A stretch of 64,000 bases of DNA from an uncultured bacterium (GCA_903851135.1 CAINNK010000014.1:37574-101573), one strand, 5' to 3'. Counted from the stretch's first letter, positions 39,610 through 50,004 are shown. A program made the numbers and translations. Notes: generated by a model not told the origin, from the sequence alone.

Positions 39610-39650
39610 CTAGTAATGATTGGTATTGAAATTAAATATTTCAGAATAAA

Positions 39651-39792
39651 CAATTAGAACTTATGCGTTTGATCGAAAATTACTTACAACCGGTTTTCTT
39701 AGCGAGAGAGCCTTGAAGTAGACCAGGGGCAGCCTTCTTAGCAAAGAAATTACGCTCTAGGAATTTGAGAGCAGGCGCATAAGTCCTAATTG
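39651..39792. mobile_element. MITE-like element, family B
   Basis: caattagaacttatgcg ... cgcataagtcctaattg terminal inverted repeats. Confidence 0.6.
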
Positions 39793-39923
39793 TTTTAGCA
39801 TAACTTCTGTTTCAAAAAAACGGCAGTGATTTTCAAGTTTTCACCACCGCTTGAATGTGTCAATATTAACAAAATATAGCTAAAAAATCAAACTCTTGTA
39901 TGTTTATCAAGAATTTTTTTCAC

Positions 39924-42371
39924 TCAAAGCTCTATCTTGATTTTCTCCCCATTTGATGCTTGCCCAGCGATGATTTTTTTGGCCACCAAGTTTTCCACCG
40001 TGTCTTCAATATAGCGATTGAGAGACCTGGCTCCAAAAATTGGATTATAACCTTTTTCAATTATTTTTTCCGCAATATTTTCCTCAAAATCAATTTGAAT
40101 ATTTTTCTCTTTGTCCAAACGATTGGCAAAATTCTGAAGTTTCAGCCAAACAACATCAATAAGCTCCTTTTGATTTAGCGGTCTAAAAAAAATAACCCCG
40201 CTAAAACGATTCAGAAATTCCACCTTGAAAATGTTATTTTTAACTGTATAATCAATCACGGCTTGTTTAATTTGCTCAGCTTTTTCCTGCCCTTCAACCA
40301 TTTTTTTGATGAGCGCAGCTCCAGCATTAGAAGTGGCAATAATCATGCAATTACGGAAATTTATTTTTTCGCCAAAAGCATCAGTCACAAAACCTTCATC
40401 CAAAATTTGCAAGAAAATATCCAAAATATCCGGATAAGCTTTTTCAATTTCATCCAGCAGCAACAAGGAATAAGGATTGTCCTTAATTTGCGTCACCAGC
40501 CTGCCTTGCTTGTTCAATTGACTTGAACCCAAGAGTCTGTCGATGGAATTTGGCGTTTGAAATTCACTCATATCCAAACGAATCACATGCTTTTCGTCAC
40601 CAAAATAAACTTTGGCCAGCGCTTTGGCAGTTTCAGTTTTTCCAACTCCGGTTGGGCCCAGGAATAAAAAGCTTCCGATTGGTTTTTCATTGTCGCCAAT
40701 TCCACTACGCGCTCTTCGCAGCGCCTCCGCCACTTGGCTGACGGCTTGCTCCTGCCCAACCACCTGACGATGCAAGGTGTTTTCCAATTTCAAAAGTTTT
40801 TTGCGCTCACTGTTGTCAATGCTACCTTGTTTGATTCCGGTTTTGAAAGATAAATAGGCATCAACAGTTTTTTCAGTAACAAATTGTTCAGTCGGTTCCT
40901 TTTCCCAAAACATCAAGGTGTCCATCATCAAATCCAGAGCTCGTTCTGGCAGTGGAACACTCCAATTATGCTTGGATGAACTGCTGACAATTTCTCTTAG
41001 GGCGCCATAAGTAAACAAAACTTTTTTTTGCTCATATTTTTCCAGCTGTTGCTGCATGATTTCAATAGCTTCTATTTCCGACGGCTGGGTAACTTCAATT
41101 ATTTCAAAATATTTTACGAGTTGTTGTTTTTTTTCGATCAATTGATGATATTCTCCAGGAGTTGAAGTACAAATCAAATGAAAAGAAGGCATTGCCAAAA
41201 AATCAACCAACACGGCTGAAACATCCGGATGAAGCAGATTACCTTCTCCGCCCAAATAGTGCTCAATGTGCTCAATAACCAAAATAATGTTGCCGGCCCA
41301 AGCTGCTTCATGAAAAACTACGCGCAATTGATTTTCAACATCTTGTCCGCGATTGATTGCGTCAGAAATCACCCGACCAAGATCAAGCAGCATGATCCTG
41401 GCATTCTGAAACAAGTCTTGAGCTTGTCCGGTTCGGATTTCGCGGGCCAAACCATGAATCAAAGTTTTTCGACCAATTCCGGCATTACCAACCAACAGGG
41501 CGCAATTTTGATCCGGTCTGGTTAAAATCAATTTCAAAATTTCGCGCTCGCTACTTCTGCCAATCAATTCAGCCTTGGCATATTCACTTGCGTCAACCTC
41601 AGATAAATCATGAGCGTAGCGGTCCAAGTGAACCGTGTAGCCATAACGCCATTGCATGCCAATAGGAATGACTCTTTTCAAATTTTCCCAAGTCCAAAAT
41701 TCTTTCTCCGCTTTTTGCTGTTGCATGCGCACCAGTTCCCATTGTTTAATTTGTTGATATTCTGCCAGCGTAATGCCGCGGATCTTCAAAAATTCAGTGA
41801 GCATCGCCTGATTTTCCAAAATTTCCCCTGGAAAATTTTTGCCAACCAGGCCCAAGCGATTGCAAATTCTTTCAAACATGGAGTGCTTGATAAATTCCGC
41901 TCCAATCATTTCCAAAAGTGGAGTGGCCGTATCATACTCATAACAAAAAAGCGTAAAAGCTATCCAAGCCAAGAGCGGGACAATTGCAATCAAATTAAGC
42001 TGCCCTCGCAAAATTAAACTCAACAAAAAAATCACCAAAAATGGTCCACAAATCCAAAGTAACACTGCGCCAAGTCCGACAGCAAAAACTGCAACAAAAA
42101 AAATCAAGCCGATTGAAATCACTACCAAGCGCACAATCAACCCGATCAAACGTGAAAAAAAATTTTCAATCAACATCTCGCTTGAACGAAGAGGATTCCA
42201 ACCTCGCCAATTGCGGATTTCAACGTCTCGATGCCAAGGAGCAAAAAGGGTGAGCAAAAGTTCAGCCACGGAAAAATAACGCCAACTGAAAAACAAAAAG
42301 TTTTTCCAAATTTCCAAGACCTGTTGAAGACCTTTATTATAATACCAAGCGAAAAAAAATGGACGTTTCAT
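39924..42371 (-). CDS. ClpA/ClpB-family AAA+ ATPase with N-terminal transmembrane region
   Basis: D2 motifs GSFLFLGPTGVGKTE, RLDMSEF, LLLDEIEKA, GARSL; degenerate D1; hydrophobic residues about 75-143. Confidence 0.9.
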   Translation of the reverse strand: MKRPFFFAWYYNKGLQQVLEIWKNFLFFSWRYFSVAELLLTLFAPWHRDVEIRNWRGWNPLRSSEMLIENFFSRLIGLIVRLVVISIGLIFFVAVFAVGLGAVLLWICGPFLVIFLLSLILRGQLNLIAIVPLLAWIAFTLFCYEYDTATPLLEMIGAEFIKHSMFERICNRLGLVGKNFPGEILENQAMLTEFLKIRGITLAEYQQIKQWELVRMQQQKAEKEFWTWENLKRVIPIGMQWRYGYTVHLDRYAHDLSEVDASEYAKAELIGRSSEREILKLILTRPDQNCALLVGNAGIGRKTLIHGLAREIRTGQAQDLFQNARIMLLDLGRVISDAINRGQDVENQLRVVFHEAAWAGNIILVIEHIEHYLGGEGNLLHPDVSAVLVDFLAMPSFHLICTSTPGEYHQLIEKKQQLVKYFEIIEVTQPSEIEAIEIMQQQLEKYEQKKVLFTYGALREIVSSSSKHNWSVPLPERALDLMMDTLMFWEKEPTEQFVTEKTVDAYLSFKTGIKQGSIDNSERKKLLKLENTLHRQVVGQEQAVSQVAEALRRARSGIGDNEKPIGSFLFLGPTGVGKTETAKALAKVYFGDEKHVIRLDMSEFQTPNSIDRLLGSSQLNKQGRLVTQIKDNPYSLLLLDEIEKAYPDILDIFLQILDEGFVTDAFGEKINFRNCMIIATSNAGAALIKKMVEGQEKAEQIKQAVIDYTVKNNIFKVEFLNRFSGVIFFRPLNQKELIDVVWLKLQNFANRLDKEKNIQIDFEENIAEKIIEKGYNPIFGARSLNRYIEDTVENLVAKKIIAGQASNGEKIKIEL

Positions 42372-42405
42372 ATTTTATTTTTTGTAATTTTTTGTTTTTA
42401 CTTTT

Positions 42406-42556
42406 AGGACTTACGCGCTTGCCTTTTGAGGACCATGTTTGAAGGCGACTACAATTTCTAATATATAAATATTTAAATTATGTGTCAGGACCTTCTTTTT
42501 GGTACGAGCTATGAGCGCCGGAAAGTGGACCGGAAAAAGGTAAACGCGTAAGTCCC
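42406..42556. mobile_element. MITE-like element, family B
   Basis: aggacttacgcgcttgcctttt ... aaaaggtaaacgcgtaagtccc terminal inverted repeats. Confidence 0.65.
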
Positions 42557-42765
42557 AACGTTTTCAAGAAATATTTTACTCTCTTAATTTATTTTACCTC
42601 AACAAAACACGCTTTGCAAATGAGAAAAATTTCAGTATAATCAAGATAATGAATCCGGCAGTGAGAATTCAAAAAAAGGCCAGATTTCGTTTTTTAAGCA
42701 AGCAAAACGGTATTTATAATTAATTAGATTCTGGGAGTTAAACTCCTTTGAATTTCTACTACTGG

Positions 42766-44565
42766 ATGAATAAACAACAATTACCGCAAACCGACTACTA
42801 TATCTTTACGACCAAGTCTCTCTTGTGGCTTGTTTTTGGTTGGACAGCTTTCTTGCTCACCCTGGCTGGCTTTTTTTATACCTGGCTCGTTTGGGCTATT
42901 TTTCTAGCCGGCGCAGCCGCTTTGACTTTTCATTTGATCAAAAGAAAGTCTGGCCTGAAAATTTCCAAAGAATTACTTCTGGTAAGCATCGGTCTGGTTA
43001 TTTTTGTCACAGCTCTTTCTTTCTTTGTAACCCCGACTGTTTTTTCCGGACGAGACCAGGGTTCAATCAGTCAAGCTGCCGCCGAACTTGCGCAAAATCA
43101 CACCCTGACCTTTGCAACGCCTGCTAGTGATGCCTTCTTTAAATTGCATGGCGCTGGGCGCGCACTCAATTTTCCTGGCTTTTTCTACACCAGCACCGGA
43201 GAACTCACCACGCAGTTTCCGTTGGTCTACATCTCTTGGCTAGCTGCTTTTTACGGAGTGTTCGGCACGCTTGGTTTTATCGTTGCCAATGCTGTTCTTT
43301 CACTCTTGTTTTTATTCACTTTTTACTTTTTAGCCAGATTTTTCATGCCAATGAAAGGTGCGCTCATTGCCATTTTGTTTGCAAGCACCTCACTTTCCGT
43401 TTTTTGGTTTCCCAAATACACTCTGAGTGAAAACCTGGCTTTGCCGCTTGTGTGGCTGGCAATTTTTGCCACACTTGTTTTCTTGAAAAAACAAAACAGT
43501 TTGAATCTATTGCTATTGCTAGCGGCTTCAATTTTGCTCATTTTCACTCGCATCGAAGGCATCGCTTTTTTTCTGGTTTGCGCCTTTATCGTTTTTTACA
43601 ACAAAAATACTCGTGCCTATCTAAAGAGCTTACTGGATTGGAAATTTTTTGCCTTGTTGGGTTTTCTTTTTCTGGTTTTGCTAGCCAACACTTTTCGAGA
43701 CATCAATTTCTACAAGGAAATAGTCAAGGCTGTTATTCCACCAATAATTCCGCCTCAAGCAACTTCCCTGGGAGAAGTTGGTGACCCAACTGTTTCAAAT
43801 TTTTATCTACTTAAGATTTTCTATCTTTACGGCCTGCTAAGTTTTTTTATCATATCAGCCATTGCTTGCATTTTTTACGCAAGACAAAAAAATACAGCCA
43901 AACTTATTCCTTTTTTCATAGTCGCCCCAACTTTGATTTATTTTTTCAATTCACATATTTCACCGGATCATCCTTGGATGTTGCGCCGGTTTGCTTTTTC
44001 ACTTTTACCTGGAGCAATTTTCTATTGCGCTTTGCTCATCAGTGATTGGCAAAAATCATTAAGTGCAGCCAAAACAAATCCAATATTCAAACTAGCGCCA
44101 GCAATTTTGACTATTGTTTTAGTGATTGGAAACCTACCGGCTTTTCTGAATTTTGCAACTTTTTCTGAAAACAAAAATTTGCTCAGTCAAACCGAAAATT
44201 TAAGCCAGCAATTCTCTGCCAAAGATTTAGTCTTGATTGATCGACTAGCAACCGGCGATGGTTGGTCCATGCTTGCCGGGCCAATGAATTTTCTGCAAAG
44301 AAAAAATGCAGTTTATTTTTTCAACCCCGATGACCTTTCCAAGCTTGACCTAAAAAACTTTGAACATATTTACCTTGTTGCTCCAGACAATGAAATCGCC
44401 TATTATACCAATAGCACTATTGGTAGCCGATTGACCGTAAACAACCACTACACCCTTGCAACAGCTCGCTTAGAATTAGGTCCGGAGGCAAGCAGCTTGA
44501 TGAATATTTTCCCAGCAAAAAAGTTAGTCAGTTCAGCTATTACCGTTTTTAATGTTTCAAGATGA
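42766..44565 (+). CDS. Multi-pass membrane protein, GT-C (PMT/ArnT-like) fold likely
   Basis: GRDQG loop, LSENL, TRIEG, RRF motifs and more than 12 TM helices. Confidence 0.7.
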   Translation: MNKQQLPQTDYYIFTTKSLLWLVFGWTAFLLTLAGFFYTWLVWAIFLAGAAALTFHLIKRKSGLKISKELLLVSIGLVIFVTALSFFVTPTVFSGRDQGSISQAAAELAQNHTLTFATPASDAFFKLHGAGRALNFPGFFYTSTGELTTQFPLVYISWLAAFYGVFGTLGFIVANAVLSLLFLFTFYFLARFFMPMKGALIAILFASTSLSVFWFPKYTLSENLALPLVWLAIFATLVFLKKQNSLNLLLLLAASILLIFTRIEGIAFFLVCAFIVFYNKNTRAYLKSLLDWKFFALLGFLFLVLLANTFRDINFYKEIVKAVIPPIIPPQATSLGEVGDPTVSNFYLLKIFYLYGLLSFFIISAIACIFYARQKNTAKLIPFFIVAPTLIYFFNSHISPDHPWMLRRFAFSLLPGAIFYCALLISDWQKSLSAAKTNPIFKLAPAILTIVLVIGNLPAFLNFATFSENKNLLSQTENLSQQFSAKDLVLIDRLATGDGWSMLAGPMNFLQRKNAVYFFNPDDLSKLDLKNFEHIYLVAPDNEIAYYTNSTIGSRLTVNNHYTLATARLELGPEASSLMNIFPAKKLVSSAITVFNVSR

Positions 44566-44679
44566 TTTTAAAATAAAAGGATACCCTAAAAAAACAAGCC
44601 AGTAAAAATGTTAAGCAGTAAATTCGGAATTCTTAAAAACACAACTTACACATAACCCAAATTATCTTCACCATACTAT

Positions 44680-46011
44680 ATGATCAATCTCACCAGGAAA
44701 GTAATTTTGCAAACGAAATGGAAAAAAATTTATCTTGCCTTAAAAACTCTCCTATACGTTAGTTTCCTCTTGACTGCTTTATTCGTAGTTTATCAAATTT
44801 TATTCCCAGAAATATCATTGGACTATTCTTTTAGCAACGTAAATTCACTCAAAAATACTTTATTTTCAGCTCGCACAACTTCTCAAAATCCAGCCAAAAA
44901 TGGAACAGTTGGTGGCAATGACACCCTTTCCTTTGATGCTAATCCCTTGGGAAATTTTGAAGATGCCAAGCTAAACTTTGTTTTGAATAAAAATTCAGCA
45001 ATTCCCAAAAAAATATCAGTCAAAGTCCGCAAATCTTATAGCGCTTTTTTCTATCCCCAGACAACACCACTTGGTTTTGCAAACGGTTCGCTTTTGAGTG
45101 TTAACGGGGTTTATTATATCATTTCCAATGGAAAAACTCGTCAGTTTGTTTCCGGATCAGCCTTAGATCAACTCGGGTATTCCAGGTCAGCTTTTTTGCG
45201 AATTTCCCCAACTGATCTAAAGTATAATCCACCTGGAGAAAACATTTTAAACGCTGATTCTTATCCTGACGACACCCTCATAGTCATTGGCAATCAATAT
45301 TATCAATTTAAAAATCAACAACTCATCCCCTTTGTGAGCGAAAGAGCTTTCCTTTCAAGATATCAACCCACTCAAGCTATTCCTAAAAATGAAGATTTTC
45401 TAAAAGACAAAACCGTTTCTGAAAATTTTGTGGGTTTTGCAGATGGAACTCTGGCATCTTCCGACCAGTCAGTTTTTATTCTCAGCAAAGGCAATAGTTA
45501 TCCTATTGCCGATTCAGCGACTTTTGTCGCAATGGGATTTGATTGGAATAATGTCCTGTCTTTAACTCCGGCAGAAATCAATGCCTACAAAAGACAAAAG
45601 CAATTCACTATCAACCAACCTCATCCGGATGGAACACTCTTTTACGATAAAAATGAAGATAAATATTTTTTCATAGACAGTGGCTTTAAATATCCAATTG
45701 AAAATAAACTAATTGCCAGCACCTACACTAAAGTTTCGCCCGTGCTAATAAATACTGAAAGCCTCGAACAAAATATTTCTTGCAGCCCAACCAAAGCGCC
45801 CCTGACATTTCGTACTTTCACTTGCCAACTTAGTCTCAACAGCATAGATAGCTTGCTTGGTAATGACTACCAATTCGAAACAAGTTTTGGAAATGACGTG
45901 AAATTAGCATCAGTCAATGTTGTTTTCTACACAAAACTCAATCAAACAAATGTCCTGAGCTCACTTTCCATCATTAAAAACCGTCTCCAAAACAACTATG
46001 TCAAAAACTAA
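44680..46011 (+). CDS. Membrane-anchored surface protein with four DGTL-type repeats
   Basis: NGSLL/DDTLI/DGTLA/DGTLF repeats each followed by aromatic beta-hairpin segment. Confidence 0.7.
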   Translation: MINLTRKVILQTKWKKIYLALKTLLYVSFLLTALFVVYQILFPEISLDYSFSNVNSLKNTLFSARTTSQNPAKNGTVGGNDTLSFDANPLGNFEDAKLNFVLNKNSAIPKKISVKVRKSYSAFFYPQTTPLGFANGSLLSVNGVYYIISNGKTRQFVSGSALDQLGYSRSAFLRISPTDLKYNPPGENILNADSYPDDTLIVIGNQYYQFKNQQLIPFVSERAFLSRYQPTQAIPKNEDFLKDKTVSENFVGFADGTLASSDQSVFILSKGNSYPIADSATFVAMGFDWNNVLSLTPAEINAYKRQKQFTINQPHPDGTLFYDKNEDKYFFIDSGFKYPIENKLIASTYTKVSPVLINTESLEQNISCSPTKAPLTFRTFTCQLSLNSIDSLLGNDYQFETSFGNDVKLASVNVVFYTKLNQTNVLSSLSIIKNRLQNNYVKN

Positions 46012-46447
46012 CAATCACTTACAAACTTTTTACACAACCCAAGCTAAAATAAAAAGTCTCTGGGCAAATAGGAATTTCCTAACTTTGATATATAAACTTT
46101 TGCACGACGTTCTCTTTATTTTGCTTTTTTCTTTCACTGGAATTTTAGTAATCGAAGGATTACTTCCCGGTCTAGCAAGTTCCCATCTAAGTTTAGCCAG
46201 ATTAGCAATCGCCTTAGTTACGATTTTGGCGGGCATTGTTTTTCTTGGGAAAAAGCTTGGCTATGAATATCCGAAGACCAGATTAAACAAAAGCAAATTA
46301 CTTCCAATTTTAATCACCATTTCATTTTTGCTGCTAGGCAATTCCCTTTTACGATTCAAACTCTGGGAAAATATCATCATCACGATTTTAACTTTATTCG
46401 TGTTTGTTCTCTTTTATCATCTGCTCATGTCCAACAAAACTGAATAA
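45998..46447 (+). CDS. Hypothetical 4-TM membrane protein
   Basis: Hydrophobic segments; overlaps upstream stop. Confidence 0.7.
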   Translation: MSKTNNHLQTFYTTQAKIKSLWANRNFLTLIYKLLHDVLFILLFSFTGILVIEGLLPGLASSHLSLARLAIALVTILAGIVFLGKKLGYEYPKTRLNKSKLLPILITISFLLLGNSLLRFKLWENIIITILTLFVFVLFYHLLMSNKTE

Positions 46448-46452
46448 CAAGA

Positions 46453-46491
46453 CAAGAAAAAATAGCATCATTGGAATGCTATTTTTTCTTG
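46453..46491 (+). terminator. Intrinsic terminator
   Basis: caagaaaaaatagcat-cattgga-atgctattttttcttg. Confidence 0.75.
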
Positions 46492-46519
46492 CAATTTTTC
46501 AAGCTTTCAAATAAGTATT

Positions 46520-46719
46520 AGATTATAAGCAATTCACGGCTTCAGCTAAAGATTGCCTCTAAATTTTTACGAACTTGTTTGATTTTTAGACCATTGAAGC
46601 GACAGTTTCTCTGAGTCATTGGCCATTGATTTCGGCCAAGAGGAGCGCGCCCAAAAATTAAACAAGGGAAGTAAAAATTTCTAATTTAGTTTTCGAGAAT
46701 CATAATTTACGCATGACCC
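46520..46719 (+). repeat. Structured dispersed repeat family A, copy 2
   Basis: aaatttttacgaacttgtttgattttt...gcgacag...ttggcc/ggccaa...aaaaattaaacaagggaagtaaaaattt...tacgcatgaccc. Confidence 0.85.
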
Positions 46720-46738
46720 CGAGTATTACTCAAAAACC

Positions 46739-48628
46739 TTAGTCAAAAAAAGCGATAAACCAATGTTCCAACATAATAAGTGACCACAGTTTTTGTGCGT
46801 GACTGATCTTGGTGTTGCAATGTTCATCAAGTAGTCTCTCCACTTCTTCTTTTTTGAAAATATTGCGACTATTGGCCTTGTCAGACAAAAGCAGTTTGTA
46901 AGCATAGTCTTTCAACTCGCCACGCAGCCAGCTTTCAATCGGAACCCCAAATCCCATCTTCTTGCGATAAAGAATGTTTTTAGGGATAAGATCTTCCAGC
47001 GCTTTTTTGAGAATGTATTTTTTATTGCTGAGTCCTTTGATCTTAAACTTATTCGGAATCTTAGCCGTCAGTTCCAAAAATTCATGATCCAAAAAAGGAC
47101 TGCGTGATTCCAAAGAAACCGCCATGGTGTCAATGTCAGTTTTGGCCATCAAGTCATCTGGCAAATAAGTCATGAAATCAGCAAACAAAGTTTGATCAAG
47201 TTTATCTTTGGAACCAGAGTGCTTAAATTGCTCAGCGATAATGCCATAGGAATTAATCTCCGAAATTTTTTGTCTAAACTCATCGTTATAAATTTTATTC
47301 TTGGCTTCGTTTGAAAAAATGCAAATATAGTTAGCGTAACGATAATTGTATTTATCTGCCATTGTTTTGGCAAACCACTTCACTCGCTGAAAAAAAGTAT
47401 TTTTGAAAAGCAAAGCTGCCAGCCTGGCTAGCGGTAATATGATAATTTTGTGGATCAAAGAAAATTTTTCATACCACAGCGCAAATTTTTGGATACTATG
47501 ACGCTGATAGCCAGCAAAATTCTCATCACCACCGTCACCATTAAGCGCTACCGTCACAAAATCATGCGTTTCTCGACTGACATAATAAGTTGGCAAGGCG
47601 CTTTTATCAGAATATGGTTCTTCAAAATGTCGAGCTAGCAGCGGCAAGATTTTCACAGCTTGAGATTTGACCACAAACTCAGTGTGCTGGGTTTTGAATT
47701 GATTGGCAATTTGTTTGGCGTATTCCAACTCGTTGTACTTTTCTTCTTCAAAGCCGATGGTGAAAGTCTTGACCGGCTCTTTGCTAAGCTTGGTCATCAA
47801 GGCCACCACCGCACTGGAATCAATGCCACCAGAAAGAAAAGCCCCGATCGGCACATCGGAAATCATGCGAAGCTTGATTGATTCTTCCAATTTTTCCATA
47901 ATACGCTTTTTCCACTGATTTTCAGAAAGCTGCAACTTCTGGGAATAATCCAGCTTCCAATAACATTGCTTTTCGGTTTGTTTAGTTTTTAAATCTACCA
48001 AAAGCCAGTGAGCTGGCTCAAGTTTTTTGATGCCTTTAAAACCAGTCAGTGGCGCCGGACAATATTGCAAAGTCAAAAAATGATGAATCGCCAGATAATC
48101 AGGTTCTTTTTTGTATTCCGCTTGGGTCAAAATCGCTTTCAACTCTGAAGCGAACATAAAAACATTTTCATCTAAATAATATTTGAAAGGCTTTTTACCA
48201 ATCCGATCTCGCACACAAAAAACGGTTTGTTCTTGTTGATCATAAATGGCAAAAGCAAACATTCCGCGCAAATGCTGCAGGCATTCTTTGCCAAACTTGG
48301 CATACAAAGCCAAAATAACTTCCGTGTCGGATTTTGATTTGAACACGTAGCCGTCTTTTTCCAGCATTTCCCTCTTCTCTTGAAAATTATAAATTTCACC
48401 ATTAAAAACTATTTGATATCTTTCCAAATAGCTCATTGGTTGATGTCCCAGCGGAGAAAGATCAATAATCGAAAGTCTACGATGCCCTAAACCCACCTTT
48501 TTATCTGCTGAAATATAAACCCCACCATCATCTGGACCGCGATGAATAATAGCCTGATTCATCTTTTCGATGTCATTTTCCAAAACAAAATCCCCGTTGA
48601 AATATATTTTTCCCGTTATTCCACACAT
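46739..48628 (-). CDS. asnB: Asparagine synthase (glutamine-hydrolysing) family amidotransferase, probably glycan amidation
   Basis: MCGI N-terminus, HRGPD, RLSIIDL, FLSGGIDSS, GDGGDE, RSPFLD; glycan-locus context. Confidence 0.93.
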   Translation of the reverse strand: MCGITGKIYFNGDFVLENDIEKMNQAIIHRGPDDGGVYISADKKVGLGHRRLSIIDLSPLGHQPMSYLERYQIVFNGEIYNFQEKREMLEKDGYVFKSKSDTEVILALYAKFGKECLQHLRGMFAFAIYDQQEQTVFCVRDRIGKKPFKYYLDENVFMFASELKAILTQAEYKKEPDYLAIHHFLTLQYCPAPLTGFKGIKKLEPAHWLLVDLKTKQTEKQCYWKLDYSQKLQLSENQWKKRIMEKLEESIKLRMISDVPIGAFLSGGIDSSAVVALMTKLSKEPVKTFTIGFEEEKYNELEYAKQIANQFKTQHTEFVVKSQAVKILPLLARHFEEPYSDKSALPTYYVSRETHDFVTVALNGDGGDENFAGYQRHSIQKFALWYEKFSLIHKIIILPLARLAALLFKNTFFQRVKWFAKTMADKYNYRYANYICIFSNEAKNKIYNDEFRQKISEINSYGIIAEQFKHSGSKDKLDQTLFADFMTYLPDDLMAKTDIDTMAVSLESRSPFLDHEFLELTAKIPNKFKIKGLSNKKYILKKALEDLIPKNILYRKKMGFGVPIESWLRGELKDYAYKLLLSDKANSRNIFKKEEVERLLDEHCNTKISHAQKLWSLIMLEHWFIAFFD

Positions 48629-48644
48629 AGCAAATTCAAACTTA

Positions 48645-48772
48645 AAAAGTGACTTAGAATTTTTACAAGCTTGCATCCTTTTTTGAGCACGCACTTAGCC
48701 TAAGACTATGACTAAGCGCTCTGAATCGCTGTCGCTCATATGGCCAAAAAAGAATGCAAGCTTGTAAAAATG
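48645..48772 (-). repeat. Structured dispersed repeat family A, copy 3 (inverted, shorter)
   Basis: Reverse complement atttttacaagcttgcattcttttttggcc..gagcgacag..ttagtc/ggctaa..aaaaaaggatgcaagcttgtaaaaatt. Confidence 0.75.
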
Positions 48773-48825
48773 TTGCTGAAAAGAAATCAATAATTTTCAA
48801 AACTATAAATTAAGTATAACCTTAT

Positions 48826-49770
48826 TTAGTTTATATTTTTCTTTCTCACGACATATATCGGACGACCAATAACTTCTTTGTGAATATTGGCAACATAAAG
48901 AGCCAACAATCCGATTGAGGTCAGCAGGATTCCCACTAAAAACAAAATCAAAATGGCTAGATTCTCAGAATCAGAAAAAGTTGAAGCAAATTGCGTATGA
49001 AAAAAATATTTACCCAGCAAAATGTAGAAACCCGAAATACCGGCAAAAGTGGTAATAATTATCCCGAGATAACCAGCCAACTTGAGCGGCACTAAACTCA
49101 AGGAAATGAAACTATTCATTGCTAGACCAAACAATTTCCAAAAACTATAGCTAGCCGTGCCGTGAAGTCTTTCATTGGCATCAAAATAAACATAGTCACG
49201 CTTGAAACCCAACCAATCAATGAGCGCCCTAGTCATGCGGCTTGATTCTGTAAAACGATTAAACTCCTCTACTACCACCTTATCAATAAGTCTAAAGTCA
49301 GTCGCGTTTGGAACCACTTTCACTTCGGCTATTTTATTGATAATACTATAGAACATTCTCGAGCCAATTTTTTTCAACCAAACGTCACTCTTACTTTTGT
49401 TTCTAACTCCAACTACCACCTCAGCGCCTTTTTCCCATTTGGTAATAAACTCCGCAATAAGCTCCACGGGATGCTGCATATCAGCGTCAACCATAATACA
49501 AGCATCAGCTTTACAACTATTGATTCCAGCAGTGGTAGCTACTTCTTTGCCAAAGTTTCTTGAAAAATCCAAATATTTAACAGTCTGATCAGAGCTAGCC
49601 AGTTTTTCAATTTCACCAAGTGTGTTGTCCTCGCTGCCATCGTTGACGAACAAAATTTCAAAGGCATACAAACTTGCAAAAGGCGCAAAAACCTTTTTAA
49701 GGGCATCATACACCGGCTGAATATTTTTTTCTTCATTATAAGCCGGGATGACAATAAGAATTGATTTCAT
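48826..49770 (-). CDS. GT2 polyprenol-phosphate glycosyltransferase (GtrB/YkoT-like)
   Basis: IPAYNEE, VNDGSED, SRNFGKE, DADMQHP, DFRLID; two C-terminal TMs. Confidence 0.92.
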   Translation of the reverse strand: MKSILIVIPAYNEEKNIQPVYDALKKVFAPFASLYAFEILFVNDGSEDNTLGEIEKLASSDQTVKYLDFSRNFGKEVATTAGINSCKADACIMVDADMQHPVELIAEFITKWEKGAEVVVGVRNKSKSDVWLKKIGSRMFYSIINKIAEVKVVPNATDFRLIDKVVVEEFNRFTESSRMTRALIDWLGFKRDYVYFDANERLHGTASYSFWKLFGLAMNSFISLSLVPLKLAGYLGIIITTFAGISGFYILLGKYFFHTQFASTFSDSENLAILILFLVGILLTSIGLLALYVANIHKEVIGRPIYVVRKKNIN

Positions 49771-49801
49771 AGGGTTAAATTAAAAAATGTAAGCTTTCAT
49801 T

Positions 49802-50004
49802 GGATCATACTTAATTTATAGTTCTAGTCAAAAAGTATCTCTAAATTTTTATGAGCTTGTTTACTTTTTAGACCACTGCGAGCGACAGCGAACTGCGAGC
49901 GATTGGTTATAGTTCCTAACCAAGGGAGCGCGCCCCAAAAAGTAAACAAGGGAAGTAAAAATTGCTAACTTATTTTCCCAGAAACACAAACTGCATATGA
50001 CGCC
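49802..50004 (+). repeat. Structured dispersed repeat family A, copy 4 (apparently full length)
   Basis: Left end ggatcatacttaatttat matches the reverse complement of the family right end ataaattacgtatgaccc at 16/18. Confidence 0.85.
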
